Part shown: piece after piece, positions 25,303 through 41,226 of the stretch
How positions within the stretch are numbered: position 1 is the first letter of the stretch
How the letters are laid out: every line of letters starts with the position of its first letter
Assembly: GCA_951406725.2 (NCBI GenBank)
Contig: OX597816.1
Coordinates: 58,528,001-58,592,000, forward strand
DNA from: Octopus vulgaris
Taxonomy: Eukaryota
Direction: 5' to 3'
DNA: 64,000 bases
Program-made: the position numbers and the translations under genes
The notes under the pieces: generated by a model
Told to the model about the DNA's origin: nothing
Database searches by the model: none
What the model saw: the letters and a program-made list of their open reading frames with translations, nothing else

Positions 25303-25689
25303 TGTGTGTGTGTGGTTGAATGAGTGTATATGCAGGTGTTTTGATAAAGCCGACTGCTATCGACCGTATCAAGTGGTGACAAGATCCAGGGAAATCCCAC
25401 AGATTATTGTGGACTATTTTAAAACAAACACGGTCCCCTGGTGAGCAAACATGGCGTTGTTCGTGAAACAACGGACCCCGTGCCAGTCACAATTGGATTA
25501 TCAACAGATACCACAAATTTACCTGTTGATTCACTGATATCACCTGAATTAGTATTGTTATTGTTGTTGCTGTCGTTGTCGTTGTATAGTCCCAGGTCAG
25601 CACTTACCCGGATCCAGTAAATCTAGGATCAAAGACATTCCAATTGTGACAATCCCGTCCTTTGTCTTATGTTTTATCTTACATTTTGT

Positions 25690-26350
<661 letters not shown>

Positions 26351-26717
26351 AACAATGTTTGTTTATTTTCCGCATGTCATCTAACATTGCATTCGTCGTT
26401 TGTTTCCTGTAGGACAGTGAGATGGTGGGATTTGCGGGAGATTTAGCAGCTATTTCCTACCGGTCGAGTGACTCTACAAGGAGCTTATCTTGTTACCATA
26501 GTGAGCGGTTTAGCAAGTAACAACGTAGTCCCGCGGCCACCAACTGTTTTGAATCGACATACCTGAGGAATATCTCAACCTGTAGCCCCACCTTCTGCAC
26601 CTGTTATTCGTTACAGATTTTCTTGACATCATAACCACCAACCTTAAATCAGGAATGTGTTTGTCAAAGGCAATAACTTATTTCTTCACGGTTTATAAAC
26701 CCTTAATACCAACAGAC

Positions 26718-27262
26718 ACTCTGTCGATTACGACGACGATTGTCCAGTTAATCCGATCAACGGAACAGCTTACTCGTGAAATTAATGTGCAAGTGGCTGA
26801 GTATTTCTGAGACACGCACACCCTTAACATTGTTCTCAGGGAGATTCAGCGTAGCACAGAATGCGACAAGGATGCTACTTTGAAATATATGTATAGTAGT
26901 CCCTCGACTATCGCGGATGTTACGTCTCCCCACCCTGCGATAGGTGAAAATCCGCGAAGTAGAAATATTACTGTATTTTATATTTTTTTATTATCATTTT
27001 TATAATTTGTATATATTTATTTTATTATAACTGCAAAACAACACCACAGAGGAATCGACGTAAGCTTAAATAATAAACCGCGATAAGTGAACCGCGATAG
27101 GTGAACCACAATATGGCGAGCGATTAATGTACATCTCATTTTTGCCAACTGAGTCAAGTGGAGCTCCGTGAAATAGTGTATTGCTCAAGGACCCGACGCG
27201 CTGCCGGGAGTCGTGCTCACGACCTTAGGATCATGTGCCGAATATACTGAGCCATGCGCCTT
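26718..27262 (-). mobile_element. SINE family C interrupted by MITE
   Basis: Homologous to 44536-44860 on both sides of the insertion. Confidence 0.85.
26894..27129. mobile_element. Tigger/pogo-like MITE with TA duplication
   Basis: Imperfect TIRs (T)AGTAGTCCCTCGACTATCGCG and CACAATATGGCGAGCGATTAATG, internal CCGCGATA repeats, inserted at a TA of SINE C. Confidence 0.75.
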
Positions 27263-27559
27263 CCCTTAATATCTACACAACTTCCATAACCAATTCCTGG
27301 ATGTTTTCGTTGTTGTTGCATAGCCTCAGGTCAACGTTAATCAAATACCCCACACGTTAATAGTAATTTGGTCTATCATTCACCCAATCGTTTTCTTTGA
27401 ACCAGTCATAGTATATCTAGGATTACATGATCTAATGTACAGGTTCTTTTTAAGACAACAGAATGTGATTTGAGCAAGAAGTGGCCGGTGATCCTACCAA
27501 GTCGAGGTACCACGTTGAGTCGCCTCCTGCACAACTTTCAGTGATTAATTTTTATCGTC

Positions 27560-27875
27560 ACTGGTTTCAATTGTTAGACCGTGGCCATACTGGAGCAACA
27601 TCTTGGTGAGTTTAACCGAACTAATAGACGCAGTACTTATCTTTAAGTCTGGTGCTTATTTTATCGGTATATTTTGCCGAGCCCCTAGGCTATGGGAACG
27701 TAAACAAACCAGTACCGATTGTCGAGCGGTAGTGGAGAGATACACACAAAAACAAAAATACACACACACATGTATCTATAAACATACACATACATAGATA
27801 CAAGAACGCATACGCGCGGACAGATATATGGCAGGCTTCCACACAGTTTTCGTCTGCCAAATTTACTCACAAAGC
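27560..27875 (-). mobile_element. Degenerate SINE family A
   Basis: GGCCATACTGGAGCA...CAGTTTTCGTCTGCCAAATTTACTCACAA. Confidence 0.75.
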
Positions 27876-28870
27876 CAGAAGCTGAGCGTCTTTTCAAACT
27901 TTATTTATTCCACTTAGTTACATGTTTACGTTTGTCAGTTATATTCACCTCCCTAATTGTATCCTACCTTTATGTAGAAAGCTCACTTAGCAAAACGTTA
28001 GTGTTTAATAATTCTGTTTTTCTAGCATACGACTGACATTTTCGCAGAGACGAGAGTTGAAACATCTGGCTATGTAAAACTCCAATAAACCAAATCTAAG
28101 ACATTACTACAGTCGCTATCCCAGAATTTCTATAAAGACACACACACCATTACCCAAAGGAAAAGTACTTTATTCAAGGCATATGTAGAGTGAAACAGTT
28201 CTTTTTCTATTTGATAAAAACCGATTTTTACAGAACGGTCAGATTTCGCAAAACTTATCAGTATATCTGATAGACAGATCTGAAGCAGGCCTGGATTAGA
28301 GAAGACATGTTATTATTGATGAGGTTACGACTGGCGACGAAAAGACATTGACAAACTTACTTCATTGATTTATTGGTTGACCAAACAATTAAGTAATCGA
28401 TTACTTGATTGGATAAATTGTTTGCAAGTTAAGAAATAAGACATAAAGAAGTGATGTAGAGCCAGGGTAAAATCCAGGTTGTGCCCCTACCACTCTTGAA
28501 GTAAATCTATATATTCCAGTATTACAATCCAACATATAGATGCTGTCGTTCTTGTATTGATGGAAGGTACATATTGGAATTGAAAATATGGCTTGCAGAG
28601 TTTATTGTATAACAAAGTATATAACAATTCCTGAATTTCCAAAAGAAAATTCCTTACATGTAAAACTTTGTATTTCCTATTACCACATGAAACATGTGTA
28701 ATGGTGAATAAATGCTGGCTCTAAATTATATAGGATATCTGTAGAGCGAAAATTAAAAGTGATTATATTGCATTGCTAATACGAAAATAAGACAATATTC
28801 ACTCATAATCTTATATTATACTTGCTTGTATATTATGGTTACAAAACGAAATAGGGTGTCCTTACCATAA

Positions 28871-28931
<61 letters not shown>

Positions 28932-28936
<5 letters not shown>

Positions 28937-29018
28937 ATAAAAACGGTAAGATAACAAAAAGAAAGAAAGAGACCTCGATATTATGTAAATAGAGGAATTT
29001 ATCTGTAAATGTAATATG
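28932..29018 (-). mobile_element. Terminal fragment of the Naiad-type PLE in (TA)n
   Basis: Matches 10796-10880 (AAAACGGTAAGATAACAAAA...TATTATGTAAATAGAGGAA). Confidence 0.85.
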
Positions 29019-29032
29019 TATATATGTATGTA

Positions 29033-29091
<59 letters not shown>

Positions 29092-29115
29092 TATATATAT
29101 ATATATATATATATA

Positions 29116-29412
29116 TCAATAATTATAAAGGGGTTAAATTAATTAATTAATCAATTAATATATTAATAATTAATAATTTTACCAAGTAGTTCGGTATGTT
29201 AAAATAACCTTCTTAGGTAAAATTATACAAATATTCTATAATTATAAACATAATTAGCTGACCTCTGATTATAATTATGTTTATAATTATAGAATATTTG
29301 TATAATTTTACCTAAGAAGGTTATTTTAACATACCGAACTACTTGGTAAAATTATTAATTATTAATTAATTAATTGATTAATTAATTAATTTTACCTCTT
29401 TATAATTATTGA
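29116..29412. repeat. Long inverted repeat, arms ~140 bp, 15-nt spacer
   Basis: 29116-29256 vs 29272-29412; the inner 95 bp or so are perfectly complementary. Confidence 0.95.
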
Positions 29413-29456
29413 CATATATATATATATATATACATACATATATATATATACACATA

Positions 29457-29700
29457 TTCTTTTATTTATTTCAGCCATTTTGACTGCGGCCATGCTTGAG
29501 CACCACCTTAGTCGAACAAATCGACCGCAAGGCTTATTCTTTGTAACCCGGGAACTTATTCTGTCGGTCTCTTTTGCCGAACTGCTAATTGACGGGGACT
29601 TAAACACACCAACATCGGTTGTCAAGCGATGATGGACACACACACACGTATGTATGTATGTATGTATGTATGTATGTATGTATGTATGTATGTATGTATG

Positions 29701-29755
<55 letters not shown>

Positions 29756-29760
29756 CGGGC
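29457..29760 (-). mobile_element. SINE family A 3' part
   Basis: Family A reverse complement. Confidence 0.85.
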
Positions 29761-29884
29761 AGCTTTATGAAAATAGACAAAAGACGAAGGCAGGTTTACG
29801 GAAATAAACAAAAGACGAAGGCAGGTGGAATACAAACAAACAATTGTATTAGTATGGCGCTCAGGAAATATAAATAAAACAAGT

Positions 29885-29920
29885 CTTTAACGTTTCGAGC
29901 CTACGCTCTTCAACAGAAAG
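29885..29920 (-). ncRNA. Minimal hammerhead-like motif in PLE terminal repeat remnant (29760-30030)
   Basis: CTTT-CTGTTGAA-GAGC gtag GCTC-GAAA-CG-TT-AAAG. Confidence 0.6.
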
Positions 29921-30062
29921 ATACACAGAGAAAAAAAACACAGAAAGAAGGAGAGAAAAAAATATGCGTGCAGAGGCTAGCGAATCAACATGGCGATCTG
30001 ATTTCGGCCAGAAGTGAAAGATCAAACGTGAGACGCAATATATACATATATATACTTACTGA

Positions 30063-30343
30063 CAGTCCGTCGGTTCCAATTGATCCGATCAACGGAACAG
30101 CCTGCTCGTGAAAATGGCTGAGTACTCCACAGACACGCATATCCTTCACGTACTTATCAGGAAGATTCAGCATGACACAGAGTGTGACAAGGCTGGCCTC
30201 TTTTAATTACAGGTACTAATCATTTTTGCCAGCTGAGTGGACTGAAACAACGTGAAATAAAGTGTCTTGCTCAAGGACACAACGCGTCACCGGGAATTGA
30301 ACTCCCGAGCCGAATACGCTAACGACTAAACCCCGCGCCTTCA
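30063..30343 (-). mobile_element. SINE family C
   Basis: tRNA head and TGTGTCCTTGAGCAAGACACTTT core. Confidence 0.85.
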
Positions 30344-30677
30344 CACACTCACAAACACACACATACACAGATTCATCATTTCGGGGTGGATAAAATAAGT
30401 ACCAGTTATGTACTGGGGTTGATGTAATCGACTTAACCCCTCCCCCGAAATTGCTGGCCTCGCGCCAAAATTTGAAAGTAATATATATGTGTGTTTGTGT
30501 GTGTGTGTGTGTTTGTGTGTGTTTGTGTGTGTATGTATGTGTTTGTGTGTATATGTTTGTGTGTATGTGTTTTTCTGTGTGTGTATGTATATATACATAC
30601 ATACACTCATACATACACTCATGCGTACATACATACATACATACATACATACATACATACATACATACATACATACA

Positions 30678-30729
<52 letters not shown>

Positions 30730-30866
30730 CAAAACTACTCTGCTTGATGCCAAAATTCCGGTGAAATACTCAGGCTTCTAGGTTAGAAACCGGCTCATTT
30801 TCCCATTAGTCAGAAAACAAATAAAGAACACACGTACACACACACACGTACACACACGTACACACA

Positions 30867-30898
<32 letters not shown>

Positions 30899-31269
30899 TG
30901 TTGATATGTGCCTATACACATACACACAGACGTTGTCTTTGTGTGTATGTACATGCAGTTCTCTCTCTCTCTGTGTCTCTCTCTCCTCTTCATTGTTGCT
31001 CACAACCAAAACCGTTTTACCAACGATTACAGCCGACATCTAAATGTCTACCTGTAGTAAATCATCCAATTACATGTAATATTTGACCGCAATATTTCGG
31101 AATCTTTCTCCATTTATTATTATTAATTAGATCAACATTCCAAACGAGAGCCACATATATTCCACTGATCTAAGCAAACATTCCGAGAATTATGTCAATG
31201 CTGCTTATTCGCGGATTTCTCAGCTGTGAATGTCTTTTGCCCATTTCCCACTGATTCCAGAAACATTTC

Positions 31270-31630
<361 letters not shown>

Positions 31631-32379
31631 TATATGTATCTCTCCATTTACATTTACGCACACACAAACATATATATGTATGTATGTGTATATATATATA
31701 TATGTTTGTTTGTGTATATATGTATATAATTCGCGTTTCTGTATACTTCTATCTTCACTCTTTGAGAGAATCTCTACTTCTCTCTTTCCCTCTCTCCCTC
31801 TCTCCCTCTATCACTCTATCCCTTCCAGTCCCCCCTCCTCTCCCACGTTCTCACTTCGCTTCAATACCACATTTATTTAATTGGTCTCTAAAATAATAAT
31901 TGAGATTTCCTCTTGGTCCGTAGCCAGTTGCTTCGCTAATTTTATCCTAACCTAATTGGAACCAGAGTAAAGCACAAACGCTAGTCTCAATCATTCCTTC
32001 CAAAGCGTTGCCCAGGGCAGTAGCTATCCAAGACATATAATAACCTACATAGAAATAGGGTGCCATGCGAAAGTACAATAGGAGGGAGCACTCTAAAATG
32101 GCATACATTCGCTAGTATATATTTCATCTGTTCACCGAGAGGAAGCAAGCTGAGTCTGCTCCACTTTATTCTGCATTGGATTCATTTCATATAGCGGAAG
32201 TGATCAATGATTAGTGATGAGTGTTTGCAGTGGATTCTGGGATGTACTTTTACACTCACGTTTATACCGTTGATTTAACGATATTCTAGAAATCAGTGGG
32301 AAGGAAATTATGCAGTAAAATTGTATTTTTGATAGGAAGCAAAAAAAAAAAAAGAGTCGCCGATGGAAATTATTATATA

Positions 32380-33415
32380 TAACATGTTGGAACCGAACTA
32401 GGAGAAGGCAGTTGAAAGACGAGTGTCTGGCGCCTTCAAATAACCAGTGCTCTGTGTAGGCTGAGCTCGTCAGCCCTGGATTGCAAACCAGCCTAGGTGA
32501 AGGACCACTCTGATTTCAAAACGAGGAGAGCAAGGCATCCTCCATCTAGGTGGGCAACATTGCTAGAGATGGTATCTCGATAAAAAGGCGGCGAGCTGGC
32601 AGAAACGTTAGCACGCCGGGCGAAATGCGTAACCGTATTTCGTCTGCCGTTACGTTCTGAGTTCGAATTCCACCAAGGTAGACTTTGCCTTTCATCCTTT
32701 CGGGGTCGATAAATTAAGTACCAGTTACTCACTGGGGTCGATGTAATCGACTTAATACCTTTGTCTGTCCTTGTTTGTCCCCTCTATGTTTAGCCCCTTG
32801 TGGGTAATAAAGAAATAGGTATCTCGATAAAAATACCAGTTGGTGGTAATCTAAGAGCGAACCTCATTTATGAGTGAAAATGTGAGGCAAAATAGCTAAC
32901 CATAACGATGTGGATAGGACTGGAGCCAATGGTATCTGACAGGTGTCCCGTTATGCAGCAAGGTGGGCCCGGTCGTAATCAAGCCACTGCTAGCCATGTC
33001 GCGAGACAAAAGTGGAGTAAACAAGTAAACGTGGTGGTTATGGAGTGTTTCTATCGGAGTGTTCCAGTAGATGCAAATGGCGTGCCAGTCAGAGGATGCA
33101 GGCAACGAAGTATTAGCACTTAACTACAAACATGGCTCAAAAAGATTGGTACAAATGTAAAGATAGAACACCAACAGAAGTCATCATTGCTTGGAAGTGC
33201 AAGAGTTTCCCGCAGGGTTCTTGAAGCATGATCAGTAAACAAGTGCCTGCTGGCTGTGGACAGCTAATACTTTCCATCAAACTCAGCAAATATTACCAGG
33301 AGGGTTCTAAGCACTTGAAAGACTGCTGAAAACTTATGGATACCCATGGTTTCAGGTAGTAACGCACTACCGACATAAAATCTACCTGGAATAAGACCAA
33401 ACCTGAATCAAACTA
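32380..33415 (+). mobile_element. Internally deleted R4/Dong-like element (leader, N-terminus, C-terminus, 3' UTR)
   Basis: Leader motif GCAAACCAGCCTAGGTGAAGGACCACTCTGA; RQKWSKQVNVVVMECFYRS; then QKSSLLGSARVSRRVLEA*; ends at (TAA)n. Confidence 0.7.
32587..32817 (+). mobile_element. Full-length SINE family B with 16-bp TSD
   Basis: GGTATCTCGATAAAAA at 32571-32586 and 32818-32833. Confidence 0.93.
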
Positions 33416-33417
33416 AG

Positions 33418-33502
<85 letters not shown>

Positions 33503-33528
33503 AGATAATAACAATAAGAATAATAATA

Positions 33529-34086
<558 letters not shown>

Positions 34087-36859
34087 GCGAGGTATGAAAA
34101 GCGTGCTAGATTTTTCAAGGACAACAACATGTTCAAAAATAACACCAAGAATTTTTACAGGAAGATAGGAAAAACAGCGTTTACTGCAGGGTCTGTACCA
34201 TCAAAAGAAGAAGTGCAGAGATTTTGGAATAAAATCTGGGCAGAAGAAAAAACACACAACGAAAAGGCCCCCTGGATTGACAGAATATCTACAGAACTGG
34301 ACCCCTTAGAAGAGCAAAAGTGGGAGGGTGTCAAGGTAGAAGATATAAGATCTGCTCTCAGGAGGTCAAGCAAATGGAAGTCTCCAGGAAAGGATAAAAT
34401 TCCTAACTTCTGGCTGAATGCCTTCCCAGAGAGCCATGAACTGCTAACAGAACTGTACAATGATGTTTTGCAACACCCTAGTAGGATGCCTCCTTGGCTA
34501 GTTAATGGGTTAACATTCCTGCTTCCAAAAAGTGAAGAAACAAATGAACCAAAAAACTATAGACCCATAACTTGCTTAACAACTATGTACAAAACACTAA
34601 CATCTGTCCTGACGGAATATACCTATAGTTTTTTAACAGACAGCAGCATATTCCCTAATGAACAGAAAGGATGTAAACGTGGATCCTACGGCTGTAAAGA
34701 CCAACTACTCATCAATAAGATGATCTTAGAAGATTGTCACAAACGACACAAAAACTTATCAATAGCCTGGATAGACTATAAAAAGGCTTTTGATAGCCTA
34801 CCACATAGCTGGATTAGAAAATGCCTTGAAATGTATAAGATAGCACCAACTCTGCGAAACTTCTTGACTGTAAGTATGAGATCATGGAGAACCACACTAA
34901 CTCTGAACAGTGACAGTGAATTCCTAAATGCTGGTGATGTAAAAATTTCGTGTGGCATTTTCCAGGGTGACTCACTGTCACCACTCCTCTTTTGTTTATC
35001 CTTAATACCTCTCTCAAAGCTGCTCAATGACGCGCAGTACGGGTATAAAATGTTTGATAAAAATATAAATCATCTCGTTTACATGGATGATTTAAAGCTT
35101 TTTGCAAAAAATGATCAACAACTCAAGGGCTTACTAGCGATAGTCAAACAATTCAGTGACGACATCAGAATGCAATTCGGCCTCGATAAATGTGCAAAGG
35201 CTACCTTTATCAAAGGAAAAATGACAGAAACATCTAACGTTAACCTTGACCAACAGAATGTCATAAAAGAACTAGACCCAGCGGAGAGCTACAAGTACCT
35301 AGGGATAATTGAAGGGAACGGAATAAGGCATTCAGAGATGAAGGAAAGGATCAGGAGAGAATGCTATCGAAGAGTGAGAGCAATACTCAAGACAGAGCTG
35401 AATGCAAGAAACAGGATCGAAGCAATCAATGCATTAGCTATACCAGTCGTGACTTACAGTTTCAATATTGTTAACTGGTCAATTACTGAAATATGTCAGC
35501 TCGACAGAAAAATAAGGAAACTGTTGACAATGCATAGAATGCACCACCCTAAGGCAGATACAGAACGACTCTATCTGCCAAGAAAAGAGGGAGGCCGTGG
35601 TCTTTTGCAACTGGCAATAACAATGAAGATTGCTACAATTGGCCTAGACACCTACCTGAAAAACTCTGAGGACTGGATGCTAAAACTTGTCTCAAAACAT
35701 GAAAACAAGAAAGCATCATACTCAGTCACAAAACAGGCAAAGGAATATCTAAGTGAATTCCGAATACAACCAATTTCGGAGATAGATATACAAGAAACAA
35801 GCACAGAAAAAGCTAGGCGCATGAAAACCCGTGCCAAAACTGCGGCCTTAGATATTCTGAATAATAAATGGCAAGAAAAACCTCTCTATGGCAAATACCC
35901 AAAGAGAGCGAATAATGCAGATATCGACAAAGCCCTGACCCATCAATGGCTAATGGCCTCTGGCTTAAAATCTGAAACAGAGGGGTTTATCATAGCAGCT
36001 CAAGATCAATGCCTACCAACAAGAAACTACCAGGCCAACATATTAAAGATCAGAAGCAGTCCAACGTGTCGTGTATGCAAGCAACAAAATGAAACCATTG
36101 ACCATGTGGTCTCCAAGTGCAGTCTTCTAGCGCCTACAGAGTATCTCAACAGGCACGATAGAGCTGCACAATATATTCACTGGGTAATCTGTAAAAACCT
36201 GGATTTGCCCCATGAAAAAAACTGGTGGGAACACAAACCACCCCAGTGCTTGAAAATGACCACATCTCACTCCTCTGGAACTTCACCATTCAAACTGACA
36301 GGAAGATAGATGCAAATAGGCCAGACATCATATTGAAAAACTTCAAACAAAGAACATGCCTCCTCATTGATATGACAGTCCCAATCGATATAAACGTATC
36401 TGTCAAGACCTACCAAAAACTGAGCAAATATAAAGATCTTGAAATAGAAATCAGCAAAATGTGGAAGCTGAAGACTAAAACAATACCTGTTGTCATAGGT
36501 GCCCTGGGAATGATAGCAAAAGGGGCTGATAGCTACCTAACTCAGATACCAGGAAACCCAAAAATGGCAGAAGTTCAAAAGATAGTGCTCATGGGAACTG
36601 CTCATATCCTACGCAAAATACTCTCTATGTAATCTCAAGGTTTAAAACAAACATAATTTTCGGTTTAAAAAAAAAAAAAAAAAAAAAAAACCTTTTTTTT
36701 TTTTTCTTTTTAGACATTCATTAGTACAACATCCCCACCCCCCAAATATATGGCACACTAGGCATAACAACAACATGAACTTCCAACCCTGTTGTCTCTT
36801 GAGGTCTCTGGGTGAGACTTGGAGCCAACTTGTACAAATATAAAGCAAAAGTCAAACAT
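34087..36859 (+). mobile_element. 5'-truncated R4/Dong RLE retrotransposon family X (RT + CCHC + RLE)
   Basis: SPGKD, NYRPITCL, WIDYKKAFDS, GIFQGDSLSP, YMDD, CRVC..HVVSKC, RHD and RPD..LID motifs; one frameshift at about 36240; flanked by (TAA)n. Confidence 0.95.
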
Positions 36860-36860
36860 A

Positions 36861-36927
<67 letters not shown>

Positions 36928-36932
<5 letters not shown>

Positions 36933-37112
36933 AGATTGCCACAATTGGCCTAGACACCTACCTGGAAAACTCTGAGGACTGGATGTTAAAACGTGTCTCA
37001 AAACATGAAAACAAGAAAGCATCATACACAGTAACAAGATAAAAAAAAGGCAATGGAACATCTAAGTGAATTTCGAATTCAACAAATTCCAGAATTAAAC
37101 GTACTAGAAACA
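36928..37112 (+). mobile_element. Internal fragment of R4/Dong family X
   Basis: Diverged match to 35623-35805 (MKIATIGLDTYL..SEDWML). Confidence 0.85.
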
Positions 37113-37114
37113 GG

Positions 37115-37230
37115 CGCCTGTCGCTACGTTGTGAGTTCGAATTCCGCCGAGGTCGACTTTGCCTTTCATCCTTTTCGGAGTCGATAAAATAAGTACCAGT
37201 CGACTTAACCCGTGACCCTAAATTTCAGGT
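37115..37230 (+). mobile_element. SINE family B fragment
   Basis: GAGGTCGACTTTGCCTTTCATCC. Confidence 0.8.
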
Positions 37231-37247
37231 ATTATTATTATCATTAC

Positions 37248-37310
<63 letters not shown>

Positions 37311-37362
37311 CATTATTATTATCATTATTATTATCATTATTATTATTATTATTATTATTATT

Positions 37363-39405
37363 CAGTAGTTTTATTTTTATTTTTATAGCGTGCTTTCACT
37401 TCACTACCGAGCACAGCTCTGTGTGCCTTGGGTTTGTGCTGTGATTTGTTGTGATGCTCTGATGGTTATTGTATGGAAAGTGTTCTGCGTAGGATGTGTG
37501 CAGTGCCCAGTAGTGCAATTTTCTGTATGTTATATGTGTTTGTAAGTCCTGGTGTTTTTGTTATGTATTTGTCTGAATATTTTTTTATCATGCCTAATGC
37601 ACCTACTATGATAGGAATTGTTTCTGTTTTCAGATTCCACATTCTAGTTACCTCTATTTCCAGGTCTTTGTATTTTGAGAGTTTCTCCATTTCTTTTAGA
37701 GACACGTTGTCATCTGCCGGTACTGATACATCAATTAGAAAGCATTTTTTTCTTCATGGTCTCTGACAACTATATCTGGTCTGTTGGCCTTAATTTCTCT
37801 ATCTGTGTGTATCGGCATATCCCAGAGTATGGTTGCTTTCTCGTTTTCTGTGACCTTTTCTGGTGTGTGCCTATACCATCTTTTTTCTGTTGTTATTCCA
37901 TAATGTTGGCATAGCTTCCAATGTATGTAAGTTCCAACTCTGTCATGTCTGTGAATATATTCCTTCTTAGCCAGGACTGGGCAGCTAGAGATAATATGAT
38001 TTATTGTTTCTTGTCCATCTCCACATATTCTGCAGTTACTTGTAATATTTCTTTTCATTACATGTTTTTGGTAATTTCTGGTGGGGAGGCTTTGGTCTTG
38101 TGCTGCAATTAAAAATCCCTCTGTTTCTGCTTTGAGTCCTGAGCTTCTCAACCATTGCTGGGATTTTTCTTTGTCTATTTCTTTTGCGTTTAGTTTAGTC
38201 CAGTATTTACCATGAAGGGGCTTTTCTTGCCATCGTTTTATCATGGTTCTTTGCTGTTCTATTTTTAGTTTGGATTTCATTTTTTTTATAGCTTTTGTTG
38301 TTTCTTCATCTTCTTCTTCTTCTTCATGTTTATTAGGTGGTATGATTTCTTGTTTGTATTTGTCAGCTTCCTTAAATACTGAGAACAGTTTTTTGTTTTG
38401 CTCGTGTTTTGCCGCTATCTGGATCAGTTTTCCTTCCTTCTGAAGTAGATATTTTTGCAGTCCTATGGTGGTTATTTTATAGTAGTTTTCCAGCTGTATA
38501 AGGCCTCTACCACCTTCTATACGTTGTATATATAGTCTTTCTATGTCAGATTTTGGGTGATGCATCCTAGATCCTGTCATTATTTTTCTTGTTTTCCTGT
38601 CTATTTTGGTCAGTTCATTTCGTGTCCAGTTAAGGATATTGTAGCTGTAACTTATAACTGGGACAGCTAAAGTGTTGATACCTATTATCTTGTTTTTAGC
38701 ATTGAGCTCTGTGTTTAGTATTGATCTAACTCGTCTATAATATTCTTTTTTTATTTTCTCTTTCATTTGTGTGTGTTGTGTCTTATCTAGTTCATGGATT
38801 CCTAAGTATTTGTAAGTTTGGCTTTGGTCTAATTCTTTTATTTCATTTGCTTCATCTAGTGTGATGTTGTTACTCTTAACTAGTTTTCCTCTTTTCATGG
38901 TTACTTTGGCGCATTTTTCTAATCCAAATTTCATATCTATTTCTTTGGTAAATCCATGAACTGTCTTTAATAGTGTTTCCAGCTGTTTGTCATTTGCAGC
39001 GTATAGTTTTAGGTCATCCATATATAAAAGGTGGCTGATCGTTTGGCCGTAACATTTATATCCGCATCCAGTTCTATTTAGCATATCAGATAGAGGTGAC
39101 AGTGCCAAGCAGAAAAGGAGTGGAGAGAGCGTATCTCCCTGGAATATTCCTCTTCTAATGGGGATGTCTTTTGTTTTCATGAGTCCCTCTTTTGTTTGGA
39201 GGTGTAGGACTGTTTGCCATTTATTCATAGAGTGCTCTATGAATTTTATGATTGTTGGTGCTACTTTGTTAATGGCTAGTGTTTCGAGGATCCATGTGTG
39301 GTGGATGCTATCAAACGCCTTTTTGTAGTCAATCCAGGCCATACTGAGGCCTTTCTTCTTTCTGTGGCTGTCTTCAGTTATGGCTTTATTAATCATTAGT
39401 TGATC

Positions 39406-39406
<1 letters not shown>
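37363..39406 (-). mobile_element. 5'-truncated R4/Dong RLE retrotransposon family Y
   Basis: 553-aa and 79-aa ORFs with YMDD, CRIC..HIISSC, RHD and RPDIV; frameshift at about 37750; flanked by (TAA)n. Confidence 0.95.
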
Positions 39407-39458
<52 letters not shown>

Positions 39459-40085
39459 CAGCAGTTTGCTCTTGTCGGTGGTTGTTTATTGATATTGTTT
39501 GGATTGAAGTTTTGAAAAAGAGATTGTATTACTCTGATCTCCCCACTGCTTCTCATTCCTCAAAGGACTCCTTCACATCTTGCAAACAACGGCTTCCCGA
39601 TTCAATTAGAAAATCCACTTACTCCCTCCTCTTCCACCCCTCTCTCTCACTCACTCCCTCTCGCTCTCTCGCTTCTATTTTCTTATTTATGAATTCAGTG
39701 CACTTAACACTCCCTCTGCTCTTCATCCTATTTTTTATTTGTTGTCTTATTCTTTAATTGCCGACCACAACAAGTGGAGAGAATTACAGTAAACTCGAAT
39801 GAAAGACTGCCTTACGTCTGCCATGTTTCATGTGAGTAAAACACCTGAGAGGGGAAGGAAAGGGGAAATAACTTCTCTTTCGAATACTTCACAGAGCTTA
39901 GCGTCATCGCCGTTTCTTAGGATTGATGTTTATGTGAATATATTCGCTCTACACGTGTTAACGTGTTTGTGTGTGTGCGTGTGTGTTTGTGTGTATGTGT
40001 GTGTGTGTATATGTGTGTGTGCATATATCTAAGTATTTAGCTCCTACATACGGGCGTACATATATGTATATAATATATATGTATA

Positions 40086-40120
<35 letters not shown>

Positions 40121-40122
<2 letters not shown>

Positions 40123-40341
40123 TTTTATTATTTCATTTGTTTCAACCATTTCACTGCGGCCATGCTGGAGCACCACCTTTAGTCGAACAAATCGACCCCA
40201 GTATTTATTCTTTGTAGGCCTAGTACTTTATCTATCGGACTCTTTTGCCGAACTGCTAAGTTACAGGGACGTCAACACAACAACATCGGTTGTCAAGCAC
40301 AGAAACACACATACACACGCACACATACATACGTACATACA

Positions 40342-40382
<41 letters not shown>

Positions 40383-40480
40383 GACGGGCTTCTTTCAGTT
40401 TCCGTCTACCAAATCCACTCTGAAGGTTTTGGTCGGCGGCCCGAGGCAACTGTAGAAGGCACTTGCCCATGGTACCACAT
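40121..40480 (-). mobile_element. SINE family A
   Basis: Family A reverse complement with internal microsatellite. Confidence 0.88.
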
Positions 40481-40924
40481 AGTTTGTTTGTTGTATTCCT
40501 GAATATTAATTTTTACAAACATTTTGCCTCTCTCATCTGACCGCCATCTTCCAACATTATTGAACACTCGACTTGCGAGACAAACTCATGTTTTTATACC
40601 CTTTTAACTGAACATACAAACCTCAGTGATGAAAGAACATTTCGTCTAGTATACTATTTGCATACTATTAGGGGCTCCCCCCTAATAGGAATTTGACTCA
40701 AATTTATAACTGTCAGAAACTGGTTCTAAACAGTTAATCAAGCTTTAGATTTGCACTCTGCTCTCTGCACCACCCTGCATCCACAGAATGGAGGTTCTAC
40801 TCAGGTTTAACCGATGAAATTTAAGTGGTTTCCCTATTTTTCAAATAATGTTGGTTGGCTTGCACACACACATAATGTATGTGTGTATGTGCATAAATAT
40901 ATACACAAACACACTCACATATAC

Positions 40925-40976
<52 letters not shown>

Positions 40977-41172
40977 TTCGATACATATAAAGGGTGAAAT
41001 ATAATTAATTTAATAAAATTAATAAATTTCATCTAGTAGCTTTTTCGGTATGGAAAGGACCATATTCGGTAAAAATTATATATAATTATAATAAAGGGTT
41101 TTTTATAATTATAATAAAGGGTTATTTTCGGTATGTGGTTTAAGCAACTTGTTGCAAATAACCCTTATTTAT

Positions 41173-41221
<49 letters not shown>

Positions 41222-41226
<5 letters not shown>

